The notes under the pieces: model-generated | Seen by the model: only the letters and a program-made list of their open reading frames with translations | Database searches by the model: none | Told to the model about the DNA's origin: nothing | Virus record (IMG/VR): IMGVR_UViG_3300006104_000001 | Location: 1-57,826 of that record | DNA: 57,826 nucleotides | Source: a virus | Lineage: Duplodnaviria; Caudoviricetes | Strand: one strand, 5' to 3' | Position numbers and translations under genes: made by a program | Shown: positions 37,801-45,032 of the stretch, in pieces | Numbering within the stretch: the stretch's first letter is position 1 | Layout of the letters: each line of letters opens with the position of its first letter

Positions 37801-40738
37801 GGCCGGCATCCTGGGCTTTTGCCACTTCTGAATTAAGGATTTGTGCCCTCTGCTGAAGCGCATCTTGAAGATCAGAGTTGGCAAGCGAGAGATTTTGAGG
37901 GTGATTGATTCCATCTTCAACTCCCCTACCCTGCGATTTTTGGCCTCGTGCCTGTGCATCGGCGATTTGAGCGTCCAGTTGGGCAAGCTGACGTTGAGTT
38001 CCGGCAAGATCAGGGGCAGGAGTCGGGTTAATCTGGCGTGCTAGGGCGATTTGCTCCGGAGTATAGGGCTGGGATCCTTCTGGAAGGTTGGAGTTGAGGT
38101 TCTGTGCCGTTTTGACATCGGCTCCGTACTGCTTTTGCTTGTTGAGTCCCGGTTGCTCCGTTGTCGCTACATTCGAGTAGTGATTGTTTAGGTCGCCTAC
38201 AAAGTTCTGTGTACCACCATTCTGATTATAGGCATTGATATCGGGTTGGGATTTATCAAAACGAGCCGACTCTACCGAACTCGGTTGCTCTTTTGCCGTA
38301 CTTCCTCCAAGAGCACCTGACATGAGTGCCATCGGGGCCGCATCGAGTACCATTGATTTAAGATCTTCAGGAACATACGGCTTTCCATCGATCCATGATT
38401 GAACAACTTTTTGTGCTTCTCCGATAGGAATGCCGGCAAGCCATCCGATAACTCCCCTTTCCAAGAATCGGGCCGTTCCATTAACGAGATTGGCCGTAGT
38501 CGATGAGTCTTTTAACAACACTCTTCCACTTGTGGCTGACATGGGAATAACTCCTGTCAGGTCGGTCGCTACGGCAGTCGCAATTCCCTTTGCAACCGCT
38601 GAAGTAGTGTCTGCTCCTTGTTCCTGGGCTTGTTTGATTTGTTCCGATCCAGCGCGGGCGGCTGGAATACTCATGGCCTTCAACCCATGTTCAAAATGCG
38701 GAGCTGAATCTTTGATTGCCTGAAGGATCGTTGGAGCTTCATCCCCCAAAAGTTTAGCCCCTTGTGCTTCAGCGGATGCACCTCCAGTAGCGGCCATGAG
38801 GGGCAAATCTGCCGCCATAGTTCCTAGTCCATGACCAACTGTACCAAGATTTGAAAGTTGTTCAGTAGGCTTGATAGCACTTGCATCTACTCCTGGCTGG
38901 CCTATTCCGGTTTTGTTTTGGAAGTTTTTGATCTGCTGGACAGCCCAATCATAGGGTTTGGCGTCACTTCCTACCGCCTCTGCCGCTTTTTGAGAGAGAT
39001 ACGGCATGATTGTTGCCGCATCGATCATCATTTGGTTTGTTTTTGACGCCCCTTCGGTAATTCCCCTGCCTAATCCTTCCCAGAATCCTACTTCGCGTTT
39101 TGGAGTCGATTCTGGAACTTGTGGGGTAGGTTGGGACTGCTGGGACGGCACAGATGCACTCGAAGCAGGAGTCGCGATAGGTGTCGGACTCGAAGTTTGG
39201 GACGGCTGGGACGCCTGAATGGAAGTCGTTGTAGAGTTTTCGTCAGGAATGCGATTAGCGGAGAAATTCAGTGAGAATTTATTGGGATCTACATTGATCG
39301 TAAATTCACGCTTACCCGGTTGTGGTTGAATGACTCCGTTGTTGTTGTGTAAGGAGTTGACTGCCTGTCCCCTGACCTGCTCGATGGCATTTGCCTCCGC
39401 TCCCGCATGGTGCATTTCGTCATGGACATCCTGAAGCTGGGAAATAATCGCCTGCCTTTCATCACTGGAAGTAAATGTTCCATCTTGTAATTTTGCCTGA
39501 AGTCCCTGCTCTTTAGCGTTTAGTTGCTGGAAGCTGTCCTGATGCTTTTTAAGCATCTGATCCAGAGAATTGATGTCATCCTGCGTGGCAGGATCTTTCA
39601 TAAAGGTACGTTGAGCCGCATCCCCTGCCTGGGTAATGATCTGATGCTGTTGCTCGACCTTGCTCTTGGTAAGGCCTACCTCGTCTTTTTTCTTCTGGAT
39701 CGTGTCGAGAACTGGATCTGCTTCGATCTCATCACTGGACTTACCCTGAGAGATCAATGCTTGCCGGCGCTTTTGCTCCACGGCCTCATAGCCATTCAGT
39801 TTGTTGGTATTCTCCAACATCTGTGCTTCGAGCTTTGTTTTCTTGTCTTCAGCTTCGGCCTTCATCCGATCCTGAGTTGCCTGTTGCTGTTGCTGAGACA
39901 GGGTATCAATCTGCGATTGGATTGCGTCGTTTTGTGATTTCAGCTTTGCGGCCTGATCAGTTGGCTTGGCTCCAATCCCAAGGAATCCTCCACTTGTTTG
40001 GGTATAGGCAGGATTGCTTGTAATGGCGTCCTGTTGCTTTGAAAGTTCTGCCGTAGATGCCTGAAGCTGTTGTTCGCGTTGCTTGGCAGTTTCGAGATCT
40101 AGCTCACCTTTTGCTTTGAGTTTATTGATCCCCTCATTCGCGGCAGAGCTAACTTCGTTGCGTCCATTGTCAGAAACACTCTTTGCCGCATCTGCGGTTG
40201 CCTGATCCCATCCTGATTGCTTTGCAATATCGTAAGCATTTCCAAGCTGTTCCCAAGGTTTGTAATTATTTTCTTTGTAAAGAGTTCCAGGATCATTTGA
40301 AACTGATGACCTCTTTGCATTGGCATCCGGATCGCTGATTTGTTGATTTCCGAACTTATCAACCTGCCTGCGGTACGGATTACCTTTTTCATCGTAATCA
40401 ACGTAATCTTGCTCTTTGAAAAGCGGTTTTCCAGTGGCTTGATCTAAAACTGGTTGGATATTTCCAAAAGCGTCGGTGTAGTGCTGTTGACCAGCGGCCT
40501 CCATAGCTGACTTCCTTTGGTAATTCCACATCTTGTCACTAGCGGCCTGATTGGCACGCTGGATCGCTAGGTTTTGGTCAAGGTTTGGCTCATTGGCTGG
40601 CAAGGCCTTTGTGTCGCTTAATCCCAATGCCGGTACTCCATTTTGATTTGGCGACACAGATGGTTCGGGCAAGTTAGGGTTGGCCGTGTTGTACGGCTCA
40701 GGATACCCCATCATCTGACCAATGGATTTTCCGGCCAT
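25793..40738 (-). CDS. Giant DarB-like polyvalent (probably ejected) protein: coiled coil, N6-MTase-like, Strawberry-notch SF2 helicase, kinase-like domain, helical C-terminus
   Basis: 4981 aa; YSTPAPLA, EPSAGHG, NAPF (MTase); GDQTGIGKGR, DESH, SSAT, GRINRTGQ (helicase); EHHVW, VKAT, RDAHEGN, PFD (kinase-like); degenerate zincin QEIGH. Confidence 0.85.
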   Translation of the reverse strand: MAGKSIGQMMGYPEPYNTANPNLPEPSVSPNQNGVPALGLSDTKALPANEPNLDQNLAIQRANQAASDKMWNYQRKSAMEAAGQQHYTDAFGNIQPVLDQATGKPLFKEQDYVDYDEKGNPYRRQVDKFGNQQISDPDANAKRSSVSNDPGTLYKENNYKPWEQLGNAYDIAKQSGWDQATADAAKSVSDNGRNEVSSAANEGINKLKAKGELDLETAKQREQQLQASTAELSKQQDAITSNPAYTQTSGGFLGIGAKPTDQAAKLKSQNDAIQSQIDTLSQQQQQATQDRMKAEAEDKKTKLEAQMLENTNKLNGYEAVEQKRRQALISQGKSSDEIEADPVLDTIQKKKDEVGLTKSKVEQQHQIITQAGDAAQRTFMKDPATQDDINSLDQMLKKHQDSFQQLNAKEQGLQAKLQDGTFTSSDERQAIISQLQDVHDEMHHAGAEANAIEQVRGQAVNSLHNNNGVIQPQPGKREFTINVDPNKFSLNFSANRIPDENSTTTSIQASQPSQTSSPTPIATPASSASVPSQQSQPTPQVPESTPKREVGFWEGLGRGITEGASKTNQMMIDAATIMPYLSQKAAEAVGSDAKPYDWAVQQIKNFQNKTGIGQPGVDASAIKPTEQLSNLGTVGHGLGTMAADLPLMAATGGASAEAQGAKLLGDEAPTILQAIKDSAPHFEHGLKAMSIPAARAGSEQIKQAQEQGADTTSAVAKGIATAVATDLTGVIPMSATSGRVLLKDSSTTANLVNGTARFLERGVIGWLAGIPIGEAQKVVQSWIDGKPYVPEDLKSMVLDAAPMALMSGALGGSTAKEQPSSVESARFDKSQPDINAYNQNGGTQNFVGDLNNHYSNVATTEQPGLNKQKQYGADVKTAQNLNSNLPEGSQPYTPEQIALARQINPTPAPDLAGTQRQLAQLDAQIADAQARGQKSQGRGVEDGINHPQNLSLANSDLQDALQQRAQILNSEVAKAQDAGQKSDLALKAAQEIHSLPDQGDQTIATGLAKLGNGQPIEHLTGEERDSLLKPRVSADPTTGQATQTPPLVRIEQGKPIITDAATRWMEGKAPTAAQMIPLDETGQLRNIYPEGVPTKPESTPESKQPTPDESFAPQQQPSTPNGASTESGSTEQGQQPVGSARSGEQGTEGNIEGSGSDVGTSPVSERDDSGLREARARVAQRIEANARNTNFTNASDRVKIHADIFRNLEKVSNDLGIKVEQSGADELKKEGGLGGARTAFDKDGNITIKYNPVVSQNAALKGQGRSIYGGATYDGDSIEYAHAVAAQEIGHAGWLLNAKQEWLNLPETSRGNFDDYVNKRSFDVFDGMHKDLNNLGDTDLGKDFAKAIIGSWNSYHTDGNRIVSSKDDVAHKNALQILEQLSEKPEGSRNPFVFVNELGRQLAEMRVTGRITENAEAGNFIQKVYRFLRDALAGLKKVSENTSQYSPALDQMVTASSDYMAKMINLTHPEAVDQGKNVSIKEGKVRPTSAEEAKPSQESPHLVTFHDGSSTKWILEPKGKENKVTLVDYDGKKAVDFKSAIDAQEWARRNPDVEKHTPEIIEKMLGNEAIPAKASKKIAPALYNAIENGKWTDYLLPENKISRSIFTRISGLKLPTTQSGSKEAFDQWVSKKNEQVPEKTPENAVLEQPVTRNIKPEEPKPLSEGDKALKEFADGLDSREPIAVNQEEETFDKGLPPDKIIGGLQVAQKLLDEGIKTPEAFAAKLHEISPEKLPKYSKAIWSLLRAVDTSLDDVTDWKTHFDNARKPKEPIETPKSTEIRQNIDSESTQDTSTEGDTIKNNSILDRFTDARQVDDWVKKQSAFIRKNYIASLKDSQIKATKTWGEGRKIELKINSAKTRTEEAVNDLLNQWNETMSSGMHLVAYMDRKKMVEKMALERIAEINEQNKPLPQHPEPATPGNRSGDIHDWHGPQISNYEHLILPSKNALNNAEIEVGQRPNGNWVTKTSYNTSMRGGSGPFNTTSDTEYPTRNEAVQASVNGLRKVAQRIFDEERTSGAERKDVVRIWQFLNQHDPSGPKELKKTEYTPEQIKDQKHRELIMKSADLAEEASRGGDSFQVKDLIDNQGIAEQGGIKKVQESIEAGIVMAAKDIVHSQEDDEAYKSLIDLYKNQPTLGAQTSTSKINQAYSTPAPLAYVADKLADLANGFRVYEPSAGHGMLLIDSNFGQIIHFNELDPNRVDNYVKSGMPNPHTRVTSEDATEFSPKVATGMDENDKVDRVITNAPFGSVMGEDGKAKVFKTPFGETTQIDHAINAKALESLITDEEAEAKKNHSARSQFQDRKMQPVVDNRDYRGRATLIIGGPPKQLSDEARQSYYAGGQRGAFFKYLYDNYGVVDHFTVNGDLYKKQGAGWPVDVITLVGTKPSEIALPSYKAPRIINTWDDLWKTTQLTDEQRIQQNRITEDDLRSKVGDMVGRLSGLSKPRGENIPGQEPVGNPERNTGSERNNAPRTPSEPVSGQIQSGGQEPVSGMDVGSSGQDEFGRSGGSDEQSGNNSRGEGEQSGGVRPSTDNPPRPGNELTPDADQFQVAYEPFSKVKGVDTLIPTNMASAAKEAFAKMEEQYGDLGKWVHSELGYKDGEDISKYLSGEQVDGVAAAIHNFKNDGALIIGDQTGIGKGRIAAALMRWAEKNGLIPVFITKDRTLQSDMLTRDLVDVGAEHIVPALLDSSRDFDAAKDRKLNYGESYWKEATKNGKLHNGANAIFTTYDQLKSDTDRKAAPTKVAMRMVMDGQAPPGKWRTEALKAFGPKAVFILDESHLAAGKSTIGYRMRDLLNNAKHAYYSSATAIKRPETMGVYFKTALGKMAGGMDGLVDLMNHGGVPAMQIASQMLARAGQYLRRERSFEGIKFNTHITEENLERDAKLADNLTESLRTIMGVQDKMKQAANAINGVISQQAKRFSAEKGSNIAMDSDFASQLHNVVSQYLLAIKADAAAEQAIQEMRQGKKVVVTVQNTMEGIVEDLKNGGYDMSYKGITQKYLDGMLTFKTGKKNANDEHEKFTITGVPDPEFASLSDNQLAQAIVKKGVLPDGTKVVEADPKAAQELMRRKMWDVHQDARAEIDQADLGDLPISPIDYIRSKVEKSGNNFATDEITGRKSRLDEYNEIYSRPDHEQKTSIHKGNVIKAFNNSPLNFVILNQSGSTGVSLHASETAKDQSPRVMIVAQPHQDINEFMQTLGRINRTGQVRLPEYTLLQTALPAEKRPAAILASKMAKLNANTTSNAKSDVSEGIKNTDIYNKYGDEIAFRFLMKDKDLANQLFNLGGSLKKNFFSDDGEIKSFDDIKSAMEEHPDGHTARMITSYLAVLPVEEQQNFWDKVTDEYNAHISYLNELGQNDLEAKPMDIKAKTTASEVFTHAGDGDSVFSDPSYLETVHAEMGKKPISGDEAATLATNKRATSSNDLQNYEKMARDFYTEAEQVKAKRSLNWTDEKKESFLAQQRQMASTVATGMRMMGRILSYTRPDGSEGLAVIESVDLDKSSPITPSKQIFTIRTNDTTNTLKVPASQIDKFQIAIGSGAREWDATADVSNTRNIVTGNLLAALAELRGTGQVINYTTDSGESKMGILLPNNFTKIRATQDLNRQPINDFQSFVKAQDYDIQNGDKTLTITSDPIQSQVRFVQVPQSKASGGKYWQNPVFNKFFAGGEMVRKGNFMRGSLLPGKLEDFYKFLSDNGEKLSYTPIKGKPQGLDSREPLSPEEKMQAIRDKMAGRTQENLGKLSWDNEDLTHDNTENSTENRTPSALPREITSADLEQGGVGQAIPAERAFVEITGGKTPEYAGVVSDNRVIGDHDKALIDWAKENNRIIPQDAIDEFSKDKNNAGQTEHHVWKITGSDGTQRLVKATANGKYGFPGKSAFQYLRRLDEFSREVPSAKVDFLGISQDPKTGKPSIWTSQPYLEGLHPTGNDLPEYLKTQGWEPFAGDYGYGQYKHGDTGILMRDAHEGNFIKRPDGKIVPFDVMFKGINDRPTPPDQSGRNTLFARNPLNPEGSDLKGDVENAMRDISDWQNLAKAEKSGSRTIGNPKLGLGALDPQIMGVDEYRKTIATKQKESQWSAEGKNLLDNDYAGTRQRIMDAGMNGGTLNPAETKAAQMMVARELAGASTDSAKRAELAKLIYAYRQTGTEQARGLRSRVDPFQSPADRHREFLAKMIFSPSPEESRRIDAIEDAAEKSNALSKIVDAQMESAKKALESMGVSLDDILNGEVKVSLIGSKVSENLIGSFRPNEQTAIRLLQKGKTFENTAKATGLSVKQVENLKKQFQDSFRSRHFAKFEKGMSASDIEQPPSGLNSRSPINLDKAESEFQKALELMGMGEDAGLAKKKPNRTFNIADPVDAIKLGRTISASNGNALNMVHEYWMSSILSGMVTHAANFTGMGVNGAIDYTIQRGMEALVNSAIGNPEGTQMGEFKYIMKGIVPGVSNAVRAGLRAWDAEQSMIDYDLLGHNLKLDQGQIVGHASSGAIPGKAGRIIRMPMRALAFMDDAVKTIIAHMEVGAQAYRSAKAEGYEGDEMAKYIQSEITTPGSQSWERAVSHAVNLAFQTPLRNMDESGGNIVEAGAEALQRGLRGYTPGRFFIPFVRVLYNIPRVGIRKSPIGTATMLYKMGREGFYKFQDGKLNPHPYAGAEMIRDTSEQILAWSLMAALWGAAAGDQDDDKKKILFTGSSESHNKGDKALSERLGVPAYHIKVNGTTYNYGRIEPIATVLGTTLDMIRAAKSARDGASGKEILGQVFGGIWNQFQEKSFGKGLKDIAGVTSDPQNAADWAANFAASFVPNLLRQPIRASDPYVRETSVEGNPKELIPRIAQRVGQSALPFGSLNEPRIDLYGNPIKKEGTMVSRLTPMQGREVPKVEPADRLFANWNAKHPDEAFAPDKPTRRYVDPVTGKVHYMDDKMFRKYSELAGKAFQQATRAAITPQMAKNPTEEDHKLVHKILEQSRKDAKQQVLSSMRPKTKSIQQMLFGN

Positions 40739-40741
40739 AGA

Positions 40742-42214
40742 TTAGACGTCTGTAGAAGGTGGAGTTGGCGTTGACTGCTGTGCTTGAATGGCACCTGGAA
40801 CTTGGTAGCTATCTGCCATACGCTGTCGTTTCATCTGTTCCGTCTCCTCTCCGGCTACTTTGTTTTCAGGATTGGAATAAGGATTTGGTGAAGATGGGCC
40901 ATTTCCTTTCTGGAGCATATCCATGATCGGAGTTCCCATTTTCAAACCATTCCCTTCCTTCTGGTTAATTCCCTCGGCAACAGGAACAGCAATTTTTTCG
41001 TTGGTTTTGATTTGATCAGCAATCGCCTGTTTTCCTGGAACTCCATTGATGTAACCAGAGGGAGTGTCACCAACAGTCATTGGTGTTGTATAACCTGGCA
41101 CATTATTTGACCCACCCTGTATGTGCCATTGGCCTGTTCCGCCGATTGTATCAGGCCTGTAACTGACAAAAACATTTTGATCGTTTGTATGTTGGGCAGG
41201 ATTATGGGGGGTAGCCATACGATCTTGCATTTCATTAAATTCCTTCCCTGACATTACCTGATTGTTTCGATCACCAAGATATTCGTCCCCCCTGTTATTG
41301 TATTGCTGTTGAGCAATTTCTTGGTTTTTTGCAACAAAAGCATCCGCATTAGGCATTCGGACACCTGAAGTATTTTGAGTATAAATGTTTCCAGTCGGAG
41401 AATTTGTTTCTACAGAAAGAACATTTCCAACTTGAGACTGAATACCTAATTGCTTTTTAAGATCTACCTGATGTTGAAGAATTGCACGATTCTGATCGAT
41501 TTCAGATTGAGTTGTACCATTTGTAAGACCCATGCTGGATCTGCTTTGATTGATCTGATCTGGAGTTTTATACGTCGTTGTCTGGCTACCTGCCCCGGCT
41601 GGAAGACCATTTAATCTTTCAAATGCAGAAGGAGTTTTTTGATTAGCTTCAAAATCCCTAATTCGACTTGTATCTACAGAGTTCTGACTGCCGATTACAC
41701 CATTGGCAACATAGTCATTTGCTTTTTCCGCCCTTTGATCCGGAGATAGTTTAGACCATTCATTTCTATATTGTTGCTCGTATTTTGCCTTTAACTCTTC
41801 AGTCTGTGCTCCTCCATATCCAGCCATGCCGCGACGGCGGTTGTTGTGAAGTTCACGCTGATAATTGGGATCAGTTGCCAAACGCTCATCACGATAAGCA
41901 TCAAATGCGGTTTTTTGTGGAGCACCCTGAACTGTGGGTGGCTTATCGTACCCCATAACGGCAGGCGTTACAGGGCCATTGCCGGAAACACCAACATCTA
42001 TTCTTTGTTTTGGAGTTGGAGTTGTATCCCTTACATCCATTTTAGACTCCATCATATTTCTATAATAAGGAGTAGAAATTGGTGCTGAAAATTGTGTTGG
42101 CGATGCAGATCCATTTACCTGCTGTGGCGGGACATAACCATTCGTCATCAATGCAGGGTTAGACGCATAAACAGGTCCCTGGGCAAATTGAGGAGGATTT
42201 TGCGTGTCTGCCAT
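40742..42214 (-). CDS. Gln/Asn/Pro-rich putative internal virion (ejection) protein
   Basis: 490 aa low-complexity protein directly upstream of the giant gene. Confidence 0.5.
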   Translation of the reverse strand: MADTQNPPQFAQGPVYASNPALMTNGYVPPQQVNGSASPTQFSAPISTPYYRNMMESKMDVRDTTPTPKQRIDVGVSGNGPVTPAVMGYDKPPTVQGAPQKTAFDAYRDERLATDPNYQRELHNNRRRGMAGYGGAQTEELKAKYEQQYRNEWSKLSPDQRAEKANDYVANGVIGSQNSVDTSRIRDFEANQKTPSAFERLNGLPAGAGSQTTTYKTPDQINQSRSSMGLTNGTTQSEIDQNRAILQHQVDLKKQLGIQSQVGNVLSVETNSPTGNIYTQNTSGVRMPNADAFVAKNQEIAQQQYNNRGDEYLGDRNNQVMSGKEFNEMQDRMATPHNPAQHTNDQNVFVSYRPDTIGGTGQWHIQGGSNNVPGYTTPMTVGDTPSGYINGVPGKQAIADQIKTNEKIAVPVAEGINQKEGNGLKMGTPIMDMLQKGNGPSSPNPYSNPENKVAGEETEQMKRQRMADSYQVPGAIQAQQSTPTPPSTDV

Positions 42215-42260
42215 CCAACCGACATAAACAATAAACAGACGCCAATCAATCTGTTTATGG

Positions 42261-42497
42261 TTAGCTCACTCTTTTATCTTTTTTCTTTAGCGGAGCCATA
42301 AACTCCGAATTGTCTTCAAAAATGTTGGGACTTCCCACCATGTTTGCCTTTGGGTTCGATGGATCTGGTTTGTTCCAACCTCCTCTTCCAGTAGCCCCCT
42401 GACGCAATCTTTTCCCCTGATAATCAGGAGAAACATTATCAGGTCTGTTATCGCGTCCCATAGTCTGTGATGTATTCCAATCGAAGACGCAAATCAA
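42261..42497 (-). CDS. Hypothetical protein
   Basis: Overlaps the TerL stop; true start may be the downstream MGRDN. Confidence 0.5.
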   Translation of the reverse strand: MICVFDWNTSQTMGRDNRPDNVSPDYQGKRLRQGATGRGGWNKPDPSNPKANMVGSPNIFEDNSEFMAPLKKKDKRVS

Positions 42498-44461
42498 GAA
42501 AATTGCCGTGACAAACTAGGTTGCCCGGATCTTACAAGTGCCGTTGCAAGATCCCTTGGGATCTGACGCACAACCTGTGCTTCGGTTTTAGTAGTGGCTC
42601 CACTCAAGCAAAAATACCCGATTGCTAGGCTCATCACATCATCGTCATGTTTCCCATGCAGTGCTTCGGCCTTTCCCTTGTCCGTGACAATGAACGCCCG
42701 CATTTGCGACAAGATGCTAGGACACCAGATGTCAATCTCCTGATCCCTGATCGCCGCCGCAAGTCTTTCAATCAACATACTCCTGTTCCCTGTTCTCCCT
42801 GCCCCATCGCTTGTCTGCCATCCAAGTTTCTCGGATGTCTGGCTTGTCATCTGATCAAATGCCTGCCGGCGATAAATATGAATGTCCGAGTATTGCCGTA
42901 ACAACTCGATCAATGCCAGACCAGGGCCGTTGACCTCCGGAACAATCAAGCAATTCCCATAGTGCTTGCTTAATCGCACCACAAGATTTGAAAGCACATC
43001 GAGATCGTACCGGCAAGGAGGCGCAATCCTAGCCACTACCGCCGCCGGATATTGCATTCCATTCATGACGTAGGGAGCACGCAATACCAATGCCGCATGG
43101 CAATCAGGATCCTTTCCGCTTGCCTGAGATCCAGTCATCACATCCACCGAAAGCAAATATGAACACCCATTCCTCGGTTGCTCCCAGACATGATACACCG
43201 CCTCATTGTCATCCGTAGCACGCCAGATAAGAGTGTCACGATTTCCCTGTGCATCGAGAACACCTTTTGCCGGTGCCGATGATCTGATCTTTGATTCGAT
43301 TGCTTTCATCCCCTGCCCATCAAATCGGAGACGCCCGGAGGCCAACCAACAATCCTCCTCGTTGCTGGGATACTCTTGATTAAACATCCTTGGATCACCT
43401 TGGCATTCTGTAGCGATCGTTCTCCTGCGGTAGCTGATATGCCCCAGACGCAAATTGTATCGCGTCATAATTTCCTTTTCTTCATAGGTCAGAGTAGCCT
43501 CCAAAGCGGAGGCGGCAGGGGGGTCTAGCTTATCCTCGGAATCCGCAAACTCGAACCAAGGCGAAAAAATTCGCACATACCCATCGCTAGGTTTTCCAGA
43601 GAGAAAATCCTCTAGCGAAATCGCATTCTGATACCGCTCATAGAATGCCCCAGCCGCACCATTGGGCGTACTTTCCATGATAACCATCGTATCCGGAAGG
43701 TATGGCGTACAATTCAAAAGGCCATTCAGGATCGTGTCCGCACTCCTGACACCATCGCTACTCCAATGCGCCACTTCCGAGCATAGCAAAACCTGAAAGG
43801 TTCCGCTTCGTCCTGGATCACTAGCACCGGCAGTTTCAGATACTACCCTACTTCCATGTGTCCAGTTTCCTCCTTCTGCCAGCACCTTTCCACTATTTCC
43901 CCACACAAACTTGTCGCTGTCATTATACCGACGCAACATCGTCAAAAGGTTCTGTGTCGTCTTATCTTTGTTACCAACAAAACACGCCGCCGCCCTAAAA
44001 TTGCGGAGGTGTGTGTAGGCCAGTGCGGTTGAAATTGTAGATGACCCTTTCTGTCGAGGCTTCAAACAGATGAGACGGCAGGGGCGTTTGTGTTTCTGTG
44101 CGTACAGATACGCTTGAACAATCTTTCGTTGATACTCATTCGCCTTGGGTGCCACGATTTGTCCAGATTTATCCAGAATGCGTCCAAAGATCTCCATCCA
44201 GACAAGAGGAGAAGACCTCACAATAAATTTCAGTTTATCGTTTTCGGCGGAGCGATCAAAAGCGGAGACGGCAGGGGGGTTCGCGGTTTTGCCAAGCGAT
44301 TCTCTCGATGCCGATCCGGATCGCGATGCCTCGATGTCAGAATCGTCGGGATTGGGGGTGGATTGCGGGATCTCCGGGGCGGTACGCTTGGATTGTTTCA
44401 TGGTCGGGTCCTGTTGGTATGGGTGACTAGGTTGGTAATAACTACAGATAATCGACGGCAT
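42494..44461 (-). CDS. terL: Terminase large subunit
   Basis: LKPRQKGSST (Walker A), LLCSEVAHW (Walker B), ESTPNG coupling motif, nuclease SVDV, PEVNG and HDDDVMS. Confidence 0.92.
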   Translation of the reverse strand: MPSIICSYYQPSHPYQQDPTMKQSKRTAPEIPQSTPNPDDSDIEASRSGSASRESLGKTANPPAVSAFDRSAENDKLKFIVRSSPLVWMEIFGRILDKSGQIVAPKANEYQRKIVQAYLYAQKHKRPCRLICLKPRQKGSSTISTALAYTHLRNFRAAACFVGNKDKTTQNLLTMLRRYNDSDKFVWGNSGKVLAEGGNWTHGSRVVSETAGASDPGRSGTFQVLLCSEVAHWSSDGVRSADTILNGLLNCTPYLPDTMVIMESTPNGAAGAFYERYQNAISLEDFLSGKPSDGYVRIFSPWFEFADSEDKLDPPAASALEATLTYEEKEIMTRYNLRLGHISYRRRTIATECQGDPRMFNQEYPSNEEDCWLASGRLRFDGQGMKAIESKIRSSAPAKGVLDAQGNRDTLIWRATDDNEAVYHVWEQPRNGCSYLLSVDVMTGSQASGKDPDCHAALVLRAPYVMNGMQYPAAVVARIAPPCRYDLDVLSNLVVRLSKHYGNCLIVPEVNGPGLALIELLRQYSDIHIYRRQAFDQMTSQTSEKLGWQTSDGAGRTGNRSMLIERLAAAIRDQEIDIWCPSILSQMRAFIVTDKGKAEALHGKHDDDVMSLAIGYFCLSGATTKTEAQVVRQIPRDLATALVRSGQPSLSRQFS

Positions 44462-44534
44462 GAATAGGCCTAACGTGCCATTTTACTCTGTAAACTTGCA
44501 AAAAAAGGTTCATGACCTGTCGCTAGTGGGATTT

Positions 44535-45032
44535 TTACTCTGATGGTGGGGCGCTGTCCCAGTTTTTGAGCGTTAACATCTCTGTCTCGATAATGCGTTT
44601 GGCTTCGTCGGAATGTTCGGCGGCCAAGATCGCATCTCGAAGGCTCTCGAACGACTCCTGCATCACTACCTGGCGTTGCACCGGCATTCCCTCCTTGTAG
44701 GCCAAGATGGTTTTGCTGGCTTCGAGCCTGATCCGGAAGTCTGGTTCCTCCACCATACGCTTCGCAACGCCGTCCCAGTGCGTTTTATTGGCCTTCATAG
44801 CACCTCTGATGGTTTCAACCGCTTCGTCCAGATCTCCATCATCGAGTAAATCGCTTAATCGCTTCTTAAAAGAGCCTCTATTTGGTTGACTTTCCTTCGT
44901 TTTTTCGTTATACGCGCGTGCGAGGGTTTTTTTTGACCCAATTACGGCCTTTTCTCCGTTTGCGTCCTGTGCCAGAATTTCGGCTGGGTTTTGGAAATGC
45001 TCCTGTGTGTCTGTTTTGGTTCCCTTTTTCAT
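44535..45032 (-). CDS. Putative terminase small subunit
   Basis: Immediately upstream of TerL; EEPDFRIRLEASKTILAYKEGMPVQR helical motif. Confidence 0.55.
   Translation of the reverse strand: MKKGTKTDTQEHFQNPAEILAQDANGEKAVIGSKKTLARAYNEKTKESQPNRGSFKKRLSDLLDDGDLDEAVETIRGAMKANKTHWDGVAKRMVEEPDFRIRLEASKTILAYKEGMPVQRQVVMQESFESLRDAILAAEHSDEAKRIIETEMLTLKNWDSAPPSE

Noticed and set aside
25793-40738. Virion RNA polymerase (N4/crAss-like) as identity of the giant ORF
   Set aside because: No RNAP catalytic motifs noticed; MTase, helicase and kinase-like motifs account for the recognisable parts
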